Positions 46,001 to 61,000 of a DNA stretch of 64,000 nt are shown here, one piece after another. The stretch comes from Eledone cirrhosa (taxonomy: Eukaryota). Below the pieces are notes generated by a model. That model saw nothing but the letters and a program-made list of their open reading frames with translations. It was not told where the DNA came from and made no database searches. Each line of letters opens with the position of its first letter. The first letter of the stretch is position 1. Location of the stretch: contig OZ024759.1 in NCBI GenBank assembly GCA_964016885.1, positions 248,001 through 312,000 of the forward strand, given 5' to 3'. Position numbers and translations under genes: made by a program.

Positions 46001-49000
46001 AACATGACAAACTCTATATTAGTAACATGATAAAGTCTATATTAGTAACATGACAAAGTCTATATTAGTAACATGACAGTGTATATTAGTAACATGACAG
46101 TCTATATTAGTAGCATGACAAAGTCTATATTAGTAACATGACACAGTCTATATTAGTAACATGACAAAGTCTATATTAGTACCATGACAAAGTCTATATT
46201 AGTAACATGACAAAGTCTATATTAGTAACATGACAAAGTCTATATTAGTAACATGACAGTCTATATTAGTAACATGACAGTCCATATTAGTAGCATGACA
46301 AAGTCTATATTAGTAACATGACAAAGTCTATATTAGTAACATGACACAGTCTATATTAGTAACATGACACAGTCTATATTAGTAACATGATACAGTCTAT
46401 ATTAGTAACATGACAAAGTCTATATTAGTAACATGGCAAAGTCTATATTAGTAACATGACAAAGTCTATATGAGTAATATGACAAGGTCTATATTAGTAA
46501 CATGACACAGTCTATATTAGTAACATGACAAAGTCTATATTAGTAACATGACAGTCTATATTAGTAACATGACAAAGTCTATATTAGTAACATGACAAAG
46601 TCTATATTAGTAACACGACAGTCTATATTAATAACATGACACAGTCTATATTAGTAACATGACACAGTCTATATTAGTAACATGACATAGACTATATTAG
46701 TAACATGACAAAGTCTATATTAGTAACATGACAGTCTATATTAGTAACATGACAAAGTCCATATTAGTAACATGACACAGTCTATATTAGTAACATGACA
46801 AAGTCTCTATTAGTAACATGACAAAGTCTATATTAGTAACATGACAGTCTATATTAGTAACATGACAAAGTCTCTATTAGTAACATGACAAAGTCTATAT
46901 TAGTAACATGACAGTCTATATTAGTAACATGACAAAGTCTATATTAGTAACATGACAAAGTCTATATTAGTAACATGACAAAGTCTATATTAGTAACATG
47001 ACAAAGTCTATATTAGTAGCATGACACAGTCTATATTAGTAACATGACAAAGTCTATATTAGTAACATGACACAGTCTATATTAGTAACATGACAAAGTC
47101 TATATTAGTAACATGACAAAGTCTATATTAGTAGCATGATACAGTCTATATTAGTAACATGACACAGTCTATATTAGTAACATGACAGTCTATATTAGTA
47201 ACATGACAAAGTCTATATTAGTAGCATGACAAAATCTATAATAGTAACATGACACAGTCTATATTAGTAACATGACAGTCTATATTAGTAACATGACACA
47301 GTCTATATTAGTAACATGACAAAGTCTATATTAGTAGCATGACAAAGTCTATATTAGTAGCATGACACAGTCTATATTAGTAACATGACACAGTCTATAT
47401 TAGTAACATGACACAGTCTATATTAGTAACATGACAAAGTCTATATTAGTAGCATGACAAAGTCTATATTAGTAACATGACAAAGTCTATATTAGTAACA
47501 TGACACAGTCTATATTAGTAACATGACAAAGTCTATATTAGTAACATGACAAAGTCTATATTAGTAACATGACACGGTCTATATTAGTAACATTACAAAG
47601 TCTATATTAGTAACGTGACACTGTCTATATTAGTCACTTGACAAAGTCTATATTAGTAACATGACACAGTCTATATTAGTAACATGACACAGTCTATATT
47701 AGTAACATGACAAAGTCTATATTAGTAGCATGACAAAGTCTATATTAGTAACATGACAAAGTCTATATTATTAACATGACAAAGTCTATATTAGTAACAT
47801 GACACTGTCTATATTAGTAACATGACACTGTCTATATTAGTAACATGACACAGTCTATATTAGTAACATGGCAAAGTCTATATTAGTAACATGGCAAAGT
47901 CTATATTAGTAACATGACAAAGTCTATATTAGAAACATGACTAGGTCTATATTAGTAACATGACACAGTCTATATTAGTAACATGACAGTCTATATTAGT
48001 AACGTGACAAAGTCTATATTAGTAACATGACAAAGTCTATATTAGTAACATGACAGTCTATATTAGTAACATGACACAGTCTATATTAGTAACATGACAC
48101 GGTCTATATTAGTAACATGACAAAGTCTATATTAGTAACATGACACAGTCTATATTAGTAACATGACACAGTCTATATTAGTAACATGACATAGACTATA
48201 TTAGTAACATGACAAAGTCTATATTAGTAACATGACAGTCTATATTAGTAACATGACAAAGTCTATATTAGTAACATGACACAGTCTATATTAGTAACAT
48301 GACAAAGTCTCTATTAGTAACATGACAAAGTCTATATTAGTAACATGACAGTCTATATTAGTAACATGACAAAGTCTCTATTAGTAACATGACAAAGACT
48401 ATATTAGTAACATGACAGTCTATATTAGTAACATGACAAAGTCTATATTAGTAACATGACAGTCTATATTGTAACATGACACAGTCTATATTAGTAACAT
48501 GACACAGTCTATATTAGTAACATGACATAGACTATATTAGTAACATGAAAAAGTCTATATTAGTAACATGACAAAGTCTATATTAGTAACATGACAGTCT
48601 ATATTGTAACATGACACAGTCTATATTAGTAACATGGCAATGTCTATATTAGTAACATGACAAAGTCTATATTAGTAACATGGCAAAGTCTAAATTAGTA
48701 ACATGACAAAGTCTATATTAGTAACATGTCAAGGTCTATATTAGTAACATGACAAAGTCTATATTAGTAACATGACAAAGTCTATATTAGTAACATGACA
48801 GTCTATATTAGTAACATGACAAAGTCTATATTAGTAACATGACAGTTTATATTAGTAACATGATAGTCTATATTAGTAGCATGACAAAGTCTATATTAGT
48901 AACATGACACAGTCTATATTAGTAACATGACACAGTCTATATTAGTAACATGACAAAGTCTATATTAGTAGCATGACAAAGTCTATATTAGTAACATGAC

Positions 49001-52000
49001 ACAGTCTATATTAGTAACATGACACAGTCTATATTAGTAACATGACAAAGTCTATATTAGTAACATGCCAGTCTATATTAGTAACATGACAAAATCTATA
49101 TTAGTACCATGACAAAGTCTATATTAGTAACATGACAAAGTCTATATTAGTAACATGACAAAGTCTATATTAGTAACATGACAGTCTATATTAGTAACAT
49201 GACAGTCCATATTAGTAGCATGACAAAGTCTATATTAGTAACATGACAAAGTCTATATTAGTAACATGACACAGTCTATATTAGTAACATGACACAGTCT
49301 ATATTAGTAACATGACACAGTCTATATTAGTAACATGACAAAGTCTATATTAGTAACATGGCAAAGTCTATATTAGTAACATGACAAAGTCTATATGAGT
49401 AACATGACAAGGTCTATATTAGTAACATGACAAACTCTATATTAGTAACATGATAAAGTCTATATTAGTAACATGACAAAGTCTATATTAGTAACATGAC
49501 AGTGTATATTAGTAACATGACAGTCTATATTAGTAGCATGACAAAGTCTATATTAGTAACATGACACAGTCTATATTAGTAACATGACAAAGTCTATATT
49601 AGTACCATGACAAAGTCTATATTAGTAACATGACAAAGTCTATATTAGTAACATGACAAAGTCTATATTAGTAACATGACAGTCTATATTAGTAACATGA
49701 CAGTCCATATTAGTAGCATGACAAAGTCTATATTAGTAACATGACAAAGTCTATATTAGTAACATGACACAGTCTATATTAGTAACATGACACAGTCTAT
49801 ATTAGTAACATGATACAGTCTATATTAGTAACATGACAAAGTCTATATTAGTAACATGGCAAAGTCTATATTAGTAACATGACAAAGTCTATATGAGTAA
49901 TATGACAAGGTCTATATTAGTAACATGACAAAGTCTATATTAGTAGCATGACACAGTCTATATTAGTAACATGACAAAGTCTATATTAGTAACATGACAC
50001 AGTCTATATTAGTAACATGACAAAGTCTATATTAGTAACATGACAAAGTCTATATTAGTAACATGACAAAGTCTATATTAGTAACATGACAGTCTATATT
50101 AGTAACATGACAGTCCATATTAGTAGCATGACAAAGTCTATATTAGTAACATGACAAAGTCTATATTAGTAACATGACACAGTCTATATTAGTAACATGA
50201 CACAGTCTATATTAGTAACATGATACAGTCTATATTAGTAACATGACAGTCTATATTAGTAACATGACAAAGTCTATATTAGTAACATGACAATGTCTAT
50301 ATTAGTAACATGACAAAGTCTATATTAGTAACATGACAAAGTCTATATTAGTAGCATGACACAGTCTATATTAGTAACATGACAAAGTCTATATTAGTAA
50401 CATGACACAGTCTATATTAGTAACATGACAAAGTCTATATTAGTAACATGACAAAGTCTATATTAGTAGCATGACACAGTCTATATTAGTAACATGACAG
50501 TCTATATTAGTAACATGACAAAGTCTATATTAGTAGCATGACAAAGTCTATATTAGTAACATGACACAGTCTATATTATTAACATGACAGTCTATATTAG
50601 TAACATGACACAGTCTATATTAGTAACATGACAAAGTCTATATTAGTAACATGACACAGTCTATATTAGTAACATGACAGTCTATATTAGTAACATGACA
50701 CAGTCTATATTAGTAACATGACACAGTCTATATTAGTAACATGACAGTCTATATTAGTAACATGACAAAGTCTATATTAGTAACATGACAATGTCTATAT
50801 TAGTAACATGACAAAGTCTATATTAGTAACATGACAAAGTCTATATTAGTAGCATGACACAGTCTATATTAGTAACATGACAAAGTCTATATTAGTAACA
50901 TGACACAGTCTATATTAGTAACATGACAAAGTCTATATTAGTAGCATGACAAAGTCTATATTTGTAGCATGACACAGTCTATATTAGTAACATGACACAG
51001 TCTATATTAGTAACATGACACAGTCTATATTAGTAACATGACAAAGTCTATATTAGTAGCATGACAAAGTCTATATTAGTAACATGACAAAGTCTATATT
51101 AGTAACATGACACAGTCTATATTAGTAACATGACAAAGTCTATATTAGTAACATGACACAGTCTATATTAGTAACATGACAGTCTATATTAGTAACATGA
51201 CAAAGTCTATATTAGTAGCATGACAAAGTCTATATTAGTAACATGACACAGTCTATATTAGTAACATTACATAGACTATATTAGTAACATGACAAAGTCT
51301 ATATTAGTAACATGACAAAGTCTATATTAGTAACATGACAGTCTATATTGTAACATGACACAGTCTATATTAGTAACATGACACAGTCTATATTAGTAAC
51401 ATGACAAAGTCTATATTAGTAACATGACACAGTCTATATTAGTAACATGACAGTCTATATTAGTAACATGACAAAGTCTATATTAGTAACATGACATAGA
51501 CTATATTAGTAACATGACAAAGTCTATATTAGTAACATGACAAAGTCTATATTAGTAACATGACAGTCTATATTGTAACATGACACAGTCTATATTAGTA
51601 ACATGGCAATGTCTATATTAGTAACATGACAAAGTCTATATTAGTAACATGGCAAAGTCTAAATTAGTAACATGACAAAGTCTATATTAGTAACATGTCA
51701 AGGTCTATATTAGTAACATGACAAAGTCTATATTAGTAACATGACAAAGTCTATATTAGTAACATGACAGTCTATATTAGTAACATGACAAAGTCTATAT
51801 TAGTAACATGACAGTTTATATTAGTAACATGATAGTCTATATTAGTAGCATGACAAAGTCTATATTAGTAACATGACACAGTCTATATTAGTAACATGAC
51901 ACAGTCTATATTAGTAACATGACAAAGTCTATATTAGTAGCATGACAAAGTCTATATTAGTAACATGACACAGTCTATATTAGTAACATGACACAGTCTA

Positions 52001-55000
52001 TATTAGTAACATGACAAAGTCTATATTAGTAACATGCCAGTCTATATTAGTAACATGACAAAATCTATATTAGTACCATGACAAAGTCTATATTAGTAAC
52101 ATGACAAAGTCTATATTAGTAACATGACAAAGTCTATATTAGTAACATGACAGTCTATATTAGTAACATGACAGTCCATATTAGTAGCATGACAAAGTCT
52201 ATATTAGTAACATGACAAAGTCTATATTAGTAACATGACACAGTCTATATTAGTAACATGACACAGTCTATATTAGTAACATGACACAGTCTATATTAGT
52301 AACATGACAAAGTCTATATTAGTAACATGGCAAAGTCTATATTAGTAACATGACAAAGTCTATATGAGTAACATGACAAGGTCTATATTAGTAACATGAC
52401 AAACTCTATATTAGTAACATGATAAAGTCTATATTAGTAACATGACAAAGTCTATATTAGTAACATGACAGTGTATATTAGTAACATGACAGTCTATATT
52501 AGTAGCATGACAAAGTCTATATTAGTAACATGACACAGTCTATATTAGTAACATGACAAAGTCTATATTAGTACCATGACAAAGTCTATATTAGTAACAT
52601 GACAAAGTCTATATTAGTAACATGACAAAGTCTATATTAGTAACATGACAGTCTATATTAGTAACATGACAGTCCATATTAGTAGCATGACAAAGTCTAT
52701 ATTAGTAACATGACAAAGTCTATATTAGTAACATGACACAGTCTATATTAGTAACATGACACAGTCTATATTAGTAACATGATACAGTCTATATTAGTAA
52801 CATGACAAAGTCTATATTAGTAACATGGCAAAGTCTATATTAGTAACATGACAAAGTCTATATGAGTAATATGACAAGGTCTATATTAGTAACATGACAC
52901 AGTCTATATTAGTAACATGACAAAGTCTATATTAGTAACATGACAGTCTATATTAGTAACATGACAAAGTCTATATTAGTAACATGACAAAGTCTATATT
53001 AGTAACACGACAGTCTATATTAATAACATGACACAGTCTATATTAGTAACATGACACAGTCTATATTAGTAACATGACATAGACTATATTAGTAACATGA
53101 CAAAGTCTATATTAGTAACATGACAGTCTATATTAGTAACATGACAAAGTCCATATTAGTAACATGACACAGTCTATATTAGTAACATGACAAAGTCTCT
53201 ATTAGTAACATGACAAAGTCTATATTAGTAACATGACAGTCTATATTAGTAACATGACAAAGTCTCTATTAGTAACATGACAAAGTCTATATTAGTAACA
53301 TGACAGTCTATATTAGTAACATGACAAAGTCTATATTAGTAACATGACAAAGTCTATATTAGTAACATGACAAAGTCTATATTAGTAACATGACAAAGTC
53401 TATATTAGTAGCATGACACAGTCTATATTAGTAACATGACAAAGTCTATATTAGTAACATGACACAGTCTATATTAGTAACATGACAAAGTCTATATTAG
53501 TAACATGACAAAGTCTATATTAGTAGCATGATACAGTCTATATTAGTAACATGACACAGTCTATATTAGTAACATGACAGTCTATATTAGTAACATGACA
53601 AAGTCTATATTAGTAGCATGACAAAATCTATAATAGTAACATGACACAGTCTATATTAGTAACATGACAGTCTATATTAGTAACATGACACAGTCTATAT
53701 TAGTAACATGACAAAGTCTATATTAGTAGCATGACAAAGTCTATATTAGTAGCATGACACAGTCTATATTAGTAACATGACACAGTCTATATTAGTAACA
53801 TGACACAGTCTATATTAGTAACATGACAAAGTCTATATTAGTAGCATGACAAAGTCTATATTAGTAACATGACAAAGTCTATATTAGTAACATGACACAG
53901 TCTATATTAGTAACATGACAAAGTCTATATTAGTAACATGACAAAGTCTATATTAGTAACATGACACGGTCTATATTAGTAACATTACAAAGTCTATATT
54001 AGTAACGTGACACTGTCTATATTAGTCACTTGACAAAGTCTATATTAGTAACATGACACAGTCTATATTAGTAACATGACACAGTCTATATTAGTAACAT
54101 GACAAAGTCTATATTAGTAGCATGACAAAGTCTATATTAGTAACATGACAAAGTCTATATTATTAACATGACAAAGTCTATATTAGTAACATGACACTGT
54201 CTATATTAGTAACATGACACTGTCTATATTAGTAACATGACACAGTCTATATTAGTAACATGGCAAAGTCTATATTAGTAACATGGCAAAGTCTATATTA
54301 GTAACATGACAAAGTCTATATTAGAAACATGACTAGGTCTATATTAGTAACATGACACAGTCTATATTAGTAACATGACAGTCTATATTAGTAACGTGAC
54401 AAAGTCTATATTAGTAACATGACAAAGTCTATATTAGTAACATGACAGTCTATATTAGTAACATGACACAGTCTATATTAGTAACATGACACGGTCTATA
54501 TTAGTAACATGACAAAGTCTATATTAGTAACATGACACAGTCTATATTAGTAACATGACACAGTCTATATTAGTAACATGACATAGACTATATTAGTAAC
54601 ATGACAAAGTCTATATTAGTAACATGACAGTCTATATTAGTAACATGACAAAGTCTATATTAGTAACATGACACAGTCTATATTAGTAACATGACAAAGT
54701 CTCTATTAGTAACATGACAAAGTCTATATTAGTAACATGACAGTCTATATTAGTAACATGACAAAGTCTCTATTAGTAACATGACAAAGACTATATTAGT
54801 AACATGACAGTCTATATTAGTAACATGACAAAGTCTATATTAGTAACATGACAGTCTATATTGTAACATGACACAGTCTATATTAGTAACATGACACAGT
54901 CTATATTAGTAACATGACATAGACTATATTAGTAACATGAAAAAGTCTATATTAGTAACATGACAAAGTCTATATTAGTAACATGACAGTCTATATTGTA

Positions 55001-58000
55001 ACATGACACAGTCTATATTAGTAACATGGCAATGTCTATATTAGTAACATGACAAAGTCTATATTAGTAACATGGCAAAGTCTAAATTAGTAACATGACA
55101 AAGTCTATATTAGTAACATGTCAAGGTCTATATTAGTAACATGACAAAGTCTATATTAGTAACATGACAAAGTCTATATTAGTAACATGACAGTCTATAT
55201 TAGTAACATGACAAAGTCTATATTAGTAACATGACAGTTTATATTAGTAACATGATAGTCTATATTAGTAGCATGACAAAGTCTATATTAGTAACATGAC
55301 ACAGTCTATATTAGTAACATGACACAGTCTATATTAGTAACATGACAAAGTCTATATTAGTAGCATGACAAAGTCTATATTAGTAACATGACACAGTCTA
55401 TATTAGTAACATGACACAGTCTATATTAGTAACATGACAAAGTCTATATTAGTAACATGCCAGTCTATATTAGTAACATGACAAAATCTATATTAGTACC
55501 ATGACAAAGTCTATATTAGTAACATGACAAAGTCTATATTAGTAACATGACAAAGTCTATATTAGTAACATGACAGTCTATATTAGTAACATGACAGTCC
55601 ATATTAGTAGCATGACAAAGTCTATATTAGTAACATGACAAAGTCTATATTAGTAACATGACACAGTCTATATTAGTAACATGACACAGTCTATATTAGT
55701 AACATGACACAGTCTATATTAGTAACATGACAAAGTCTATATTAGTAACATGGCAAAGTCTATATTAGTAACATGACAAAGTCTATATGAGTAACATGAC
55801 AAGGTCTATATTAGTAACATGACAAACTCTATATTAGTAACATGATAAAGTCTATATTAGTAACATGACAAAGTCTATATTAGTAACATGACAGTGTATA
55901 TTAGTAACATGACAGTCTATATTAGTAGCATGACAAAGTCTATATTAGTAACATGACACAGTCTATATTAGTAACATGACAAAGTCTATATTAGTACCAT
56001 GACAAAGTCTATATTAGTAACATGACAAAGTCTATATTAGTAACATGACAAAGTCTATATTAGTAACATGACAGTCTATATTAGTAACATGACAGTCCAT
56101 ATTAGTAGCATGACAAAGTCTATATTAGTAACATGACAAAGTCTATATTAGTAACATGACACAGTCTATATTAGTAACATGACACAGTCTATATTAGTAA
56201 CATGATACAGTCTATATTAGTAACATGACAAAGTCTATATTAGTAACATGGCAAAGTCTATATTAGTAACATGACAAAGTCTATATGAGTAATATGACAA
56301 GGTCTATATTAGTAACATGACACAGTCTATATTAGTAACATGACAAAGTCTATATTAGTAACATGACAGTCTATATTAGTAACATGACAAAGTCTATATT
56401 AGTAACATGACAAAGTCTATATTAGTAACATGACAGTCTATATTAATAACATGACACAGTCTATATTAGTAACATGACACAGTCTATATTAGTAACATGA
56501 CATAGACTATATTAGTAACATGACAAAGTCTATATTAGTAACATGACAGTCTATATTAGTAACATGACAAAGTCTATATTAGTAACATGTCACAGTCTAT
56601 ATTAGTAACATGACAAAGTCTCTATTAGTAACATGACAAAGTCTATATTAGTAACATGACAGTCTATATTAGTAACATGACAAAGTCTCTATTAGTAACA
56701 TGACAAAGTCTATATTAGTAACATGACAGTCTATATTAGTAACATGACAAAGTCTATATTAGTAACATGACAAAGTCTATATTAGTAACATGACAAAGTC
56801 TATATTAGTAACATGACAAAGTCTATATTAGTAGCATGACACAGTCTATATTAGTAACATGACAAAGTCTATATTAGTAACATGACACAGTCTATATTAG
56901 TAACATGACAAAGTCTATATTAGTAACATGACAAAGTCTATATTAGTAGCATGATACAGTCTATATTAGTAACATGACACAGTCTATATTAGTAACATGA
57001 CAGTCTATATTAGTAACATGACAAAGTCTATATTAGTAGCATGACAAAATCTATAATAGTAACATGACACAGTCTATATTAGTAACATGACAGTCTATAT
57101 TAGTAACATGACACAGTCTATATTAGTAACATGACAAAGTCTATATTAGTAGCATGACAAAGTCTATATTAGTAGCATGACACAGTCTATATTAGTAACA
57201 TGACACAGTCTATATTAGTAACATGACACAGTCTATATTAGTAACATGACAAAGTCTATATTAGTAGCATGACAAAGTCTATATTAGTAACATGACAAAG
57301 TCTATATTAGTAACATGACACAGTCTATATTAGTAACATGACAAAGCCTATATTAGTAACATGACAAAGTCTATATTAGTAACATGACACGGTCTATATT
57401 AGTAACATTACAAAGTCCATATTAGTAACGTGACACTGTCTATATTAGTCACTTGACAAAGTCTATATTAGTAACATGACACAGTCTATATTAGTAACAT
57501 GACACAGTCTATATTAGTAACATGACAAAGTCTATATTAGTAGCATGACAAAGTCTATATTAGTAACATGACAAAGTCTATATTATTAACATGACAAAGT
57601 CTATATTAGTAACATGACACTGTCTATATTAGTAACATGACACTGTCTATATTAGTAACATGACACAGTCTATATTAGTAACATGGCAAAGTCTATATTA
57701 GTAACATGGCAAAGTCTATATTAGTAACATGACAAAGTCTATATTAGAAACATGACTAGGTCTATATTAGTAACATGACACAGTCTATATTAGTAACATG
57801 ACAGTCTATATTAGTAACGTGACAAAGTCTATATTAGTAACATGACAAAGTCTATATTAGTAACATGACAGTCTATATTAGTAACATGACACAGTCTATA
57901 TTAGTAACATGACACTGTCTATATTAGTAACATGACAAAGTCTATATTAGTAACATGACACAGTCTATATTAGTAACATGACACAGTCTATATTAGTAAC

Positions 58001-61000
58001 ATGACATAGACTATATTAGTAACATGACAAAGTCTATATTAGTAACATGACAGTCTATATTAGTAACATGACAAAGTCTATATTAGTAACATGACACAGT
58101 CTATATTAGTAACATGACAAAGTCTCTATTAGTAACATGACAAAGTCTATATTAGTAACATGACAGTCTATATTAGTAACATGACAAAGTCTCTATTAGT
58201 AACATGACAAAGACTATATTAGTAACATGACAGTCTATATTAGTAACATGACAAAGTCTATATTAGTAACATGACAGTCTATATTGTAACATGACACAGT
58301 CTATATTAATAACATGACACAGTCTATATTAGTAACATGACAGTCTATATTAGTAACATGACAAAGTCTATATTAGTAACATGACAATGTCTATATTAGT
58401 AACATGACAAAGTCTATATTAGTAACATGACAAAGTCTATATTAGTAGCATGACACAGTCTATATTAGTAACATGACAAAGTCTATATTAGTAACATGAC
58501 ACAGTCTATATTAGTAACATGACAAAGTCTATATTAGTAACATGACAAAGTCTATATTAGTAGCATGACACAGTCTATATTAGTAACATGACACAGTCTA
58601 TATTAGTAACATGACAGTCTATATTAGTAACATGACAAAGTCTATATTAGTAGCATGACAAAGTCTATATTAGTAACATGACACAGTCTATATTAGTAAC
58701 ATGACAGTCTATATTAGTAACATGACACAGTCTATATTAGTAACATGACAAAGTCTATATTAGTAGCATGACAAAGTCTATATTAGTAACATGACAAAGT
58801 CTATATTAGTAACATGACACAGTCTATATTAGTAACATGACAAAGTCTATATTAGTAACATGACACAGTCTATATTAGTAACATGACAGTCTATATTAGT
58901 AACATGACAAAGTCTATATTAGTAGCATGACAAAGTCTATATTAGTAACATGACACAGTCTATATTAGTAACATTACATAGACTATATTAGTAACATGAC
59001 AAAGTCTATATTAGTAACATGACAGTCTATATTGTAACATGACACAGTCTATATTAGTAACATGACACAGTCTATATTAGTAACATGACAAAGTCTATAT
59101 TAGTAACATGACACAGTCTATATTAGTAACATGACAGTCTATATTAGTAACATGACAAAGTCTATATTAGTAACATGACATAGACTATATTAGTAACATG
59201 ACAAAGTCTATATTAGTAACATGACAAAGTCTATATTAGTAACATGACAGTCTATATTGTAACATGACACAGTCTATATTAGTAACATGGCAATGTCTAT
59301 ATTAGTAACATGACAAAGTCTATATTAGTAACATGGCAAAGTCTAAATTAGTAACATGACAAAGTCTATATTAGTAACATGTCAAGGTCTATATTAGTAA
59401 CATGACAAAGTCTATATTAGTAACATGACAAAGTCTATATTAGTAACATGACAGTCTATATTAGTAACATGACAAAGTCTATATTAGTAACATGACAGTC
59501 TATATTAGTAACATGATAGTCTATATTAGTAGCATGACAAAGTCTATATTAGTAACATGACACAGTCTATATTAGTAACATGACACAGTCTATATTAGTA
59601 ACATGACAAAGTCTATATTAGTAGCATGACAAAGTCTATATTAGTAACATGACACAGTCTATATTAGTAACATGACACAGTCTATATTAGTAACATGACA
59701 AAGTCTATATTAGTAACATGACAGTCTATATTAGTAACATGACAAAATCTATATTAGTACCATGACAAAGTCTATATTAGTAACATGACAAAGTCTATAT
59801 TAGTAACATGACAAAGTCTATATTAGTAACATGACAGTCTATATTAGTAACATGACAGTCCATATTAGTAGCATGACAAAGTCTATATTAGTAACATGAC
59901 AAAGTCTATATTAGTAACATGACACAGTCTATATTAGTAACATGACACAGTCTATATTAGTAACATGACAAAGTCTATATGAGTAACATGACAAGGTCTA
60001 TATTAGTAACATGACAAAGTCTATATTAGTAACATGATAAAGTCTATATTAGTAACATGACAAAGTCTATATTAGTAACATGACAGTGTATATTAGTAAC
60101 ATGACAGTCTATATTAGTAGCATGACAAAGTCTATATTAGTAACATGACACAGTCTATATTAGTAACATGACAAAGTCTATATTAGTACCATGACAAAGT
60201 CTATATTAGTAACATGACAAAGTCTATATTAGTAACATGACAAAGTCTATATTAGTAACATGACAGTCTATATTAGTAACATGACAGTCCATATTAGTAG
60301 CATGACAAAGTCTATATTAGTAACATGACAAAGTCTATATTAGTAACATGACACAGTCTATATTAGTAACATGACACAGTCTATATTAGTAACATGATAC
60401 AGTCTATATTAGTAACATGACAAAGTCTATATTAGTAACATGGCAAAGTCTATATTAGTAACATGACAAAGTCTATATGAGTAATATGACAAGGTCTATA
60501 TTAGTAACATGACACAGTCTATATTAGTAACATGACAAAGTCTATATTAGTAACATGACAGTCTATATTAGTAACATGACAAAGTCTATATTAGTAACAT
60601 GACAAAGTCTATATTAGTAACATGACAGTCTATATTAATAACATGACACAGTCTATATTAGTAACATGACACAGTCTATATTAGTAACATGACATAGACT
60701 ATATTAGTAACATGACAAAGTCTATATTAGTAACATGACAGTCTATATTAGTAACATGACAAAGTCTATATTAGTAACATGACACAGTCTATATTAGTAA
60801 CATGACAAAGTCTCTATTAGTAACATGACAAAGTCTATATTAGTAACATGACAGTCTATATTAGTAACATGACAAAGTCTCTATTAGTAACATGACAAAG
60901 TCTATATTAGTAACATGACAGTCTATATTAGTAACATGACAAAGTCTATATTAGTAACATGACAAAGTCTATATTAGTAACATGACAAAGTCTATATTAG